Shown in pieces: positions 63,634 to 64,000 of a stretch of DNA of 64,000 nucleotides. The notes under the pieces are model-generated. The model was not told the origin of the DNA. It made no database searches and saw nothing but the letters and a program-made list of their open reading frames with translations. The stretch is from positions 116,810,001 to 116,874,000 of the forward strand of contig NC_058373.1 in assembly GCF_018350175.1 (NCBI RefSeq), given 5' to 3'. The translations under genes and the position numbers were made by a program. The stretch is from Felis catus. Its lineage: Eukaryota. Within the stretch, counting starts at the first letter, position 1. Every line of letters begins with the position of its first letter.

Positions 63634-63867
63634 CACCATGGGCTCCCGACACTCTCCCAGCCCCGTTGTCTTCACCAGTGCCAGAAGCTCCCCTAAAGAA
63701 GAGCTCCATCCTGCCACCTCACAGCTCCTACCTTCCTCCTCCTCCTCCTCCTCCTCGTCTGGTCCTAGGACTTTCTACCCTCGCCAGGGCGCGACCAGCA
63801 AGTACCTGATTGGTTGGAAGAAACCCGAAGGAACCATAAACTCTGTGGGATTCATGGACACAAGAAA
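63634..63867 (+). CDS. SIPA1L1: SIPA1L1 exon K (234 nt): [26 protein letters not shown]...poly-Ser...[31 protein letters not shown]
   Basis: cttctcctcag| acceptor, aa|gtaaga donor; symmetric phase 2-2. Confidence 0.96.
63734..63754 (+). repeat. Coding (TCC)7 repeat within a 9-Ser run
   Basis: Direct read in exon K. Confidence 0.95.
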
Positions 63868-64000
63868 GTAAGAACTCTTTTGCTTCTCTTCCTGAGTGGT
63901 TCACTTTCAACATGACCAAGAACAGAAAAGGTTGGGGCCATTTCCTGCAAGAGAGGAAGCCACCTGGGGCCTGGGAAGGCATTGGTGTTTGGTAGGGAGA

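Larger units (their letters stand above)
1..64000 (+). other. SIPA1L1: Internal portion of the SIPA1L1 gene (11 coding exons plus introns; both gene ends outside the window)
   Basis: Exons A-K splice into one uninterrupted frame, DSTGTHSLY...GFMDTRK, matching my recollection of SIPA1L1/SPAR, including paralog-specific C-terminal sequence. All junctions are GT-AG with compatible phases. Confidence 0.97.

Overview
This is mammalian genomic DNA, most likely from a felid or other feliform carnivore, judged from 17 tRNA-derived Can-SINE (SINEC_Fc-like) copies. The whole window lies inside one + strand gene, SIPA1L1 (SPAR1/E6TP1, a postsynaptic Rap GTPase-activating protein). I reconstructed 11 consecutive internal coding exons (A-K, 2515 nt) with GT-AG boundaries and consistent phases. 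They encode the C-terminal part of the RapGAP domain (catalytic KRHIGND intact), the PDZ domain and the Ser-rich regulatory region with a DSGIDT degron. The start and stop codons lie outside the window. Introns contain SINEs, L1/L2/MIR fragments, hAT DNA-transposon relics, a solo LTR and microsatellites; repeat family names are from recalled consensus sequences and their boundaries are approximate. Most ORF-track entries are spurious. I see no prokaryote-type system (no CRISPR, operon or intact transposase). The best leads are RNA-processing candidates, all inference needing RNA data: a 23-nt poison-microexon candidate next to a GAAA-capped hairpin, an in-frame tandem donor on the 63-nt cassette exon, a possible internal promoter/first exon, and inverted SINE pairs around frame-symmetric exons.
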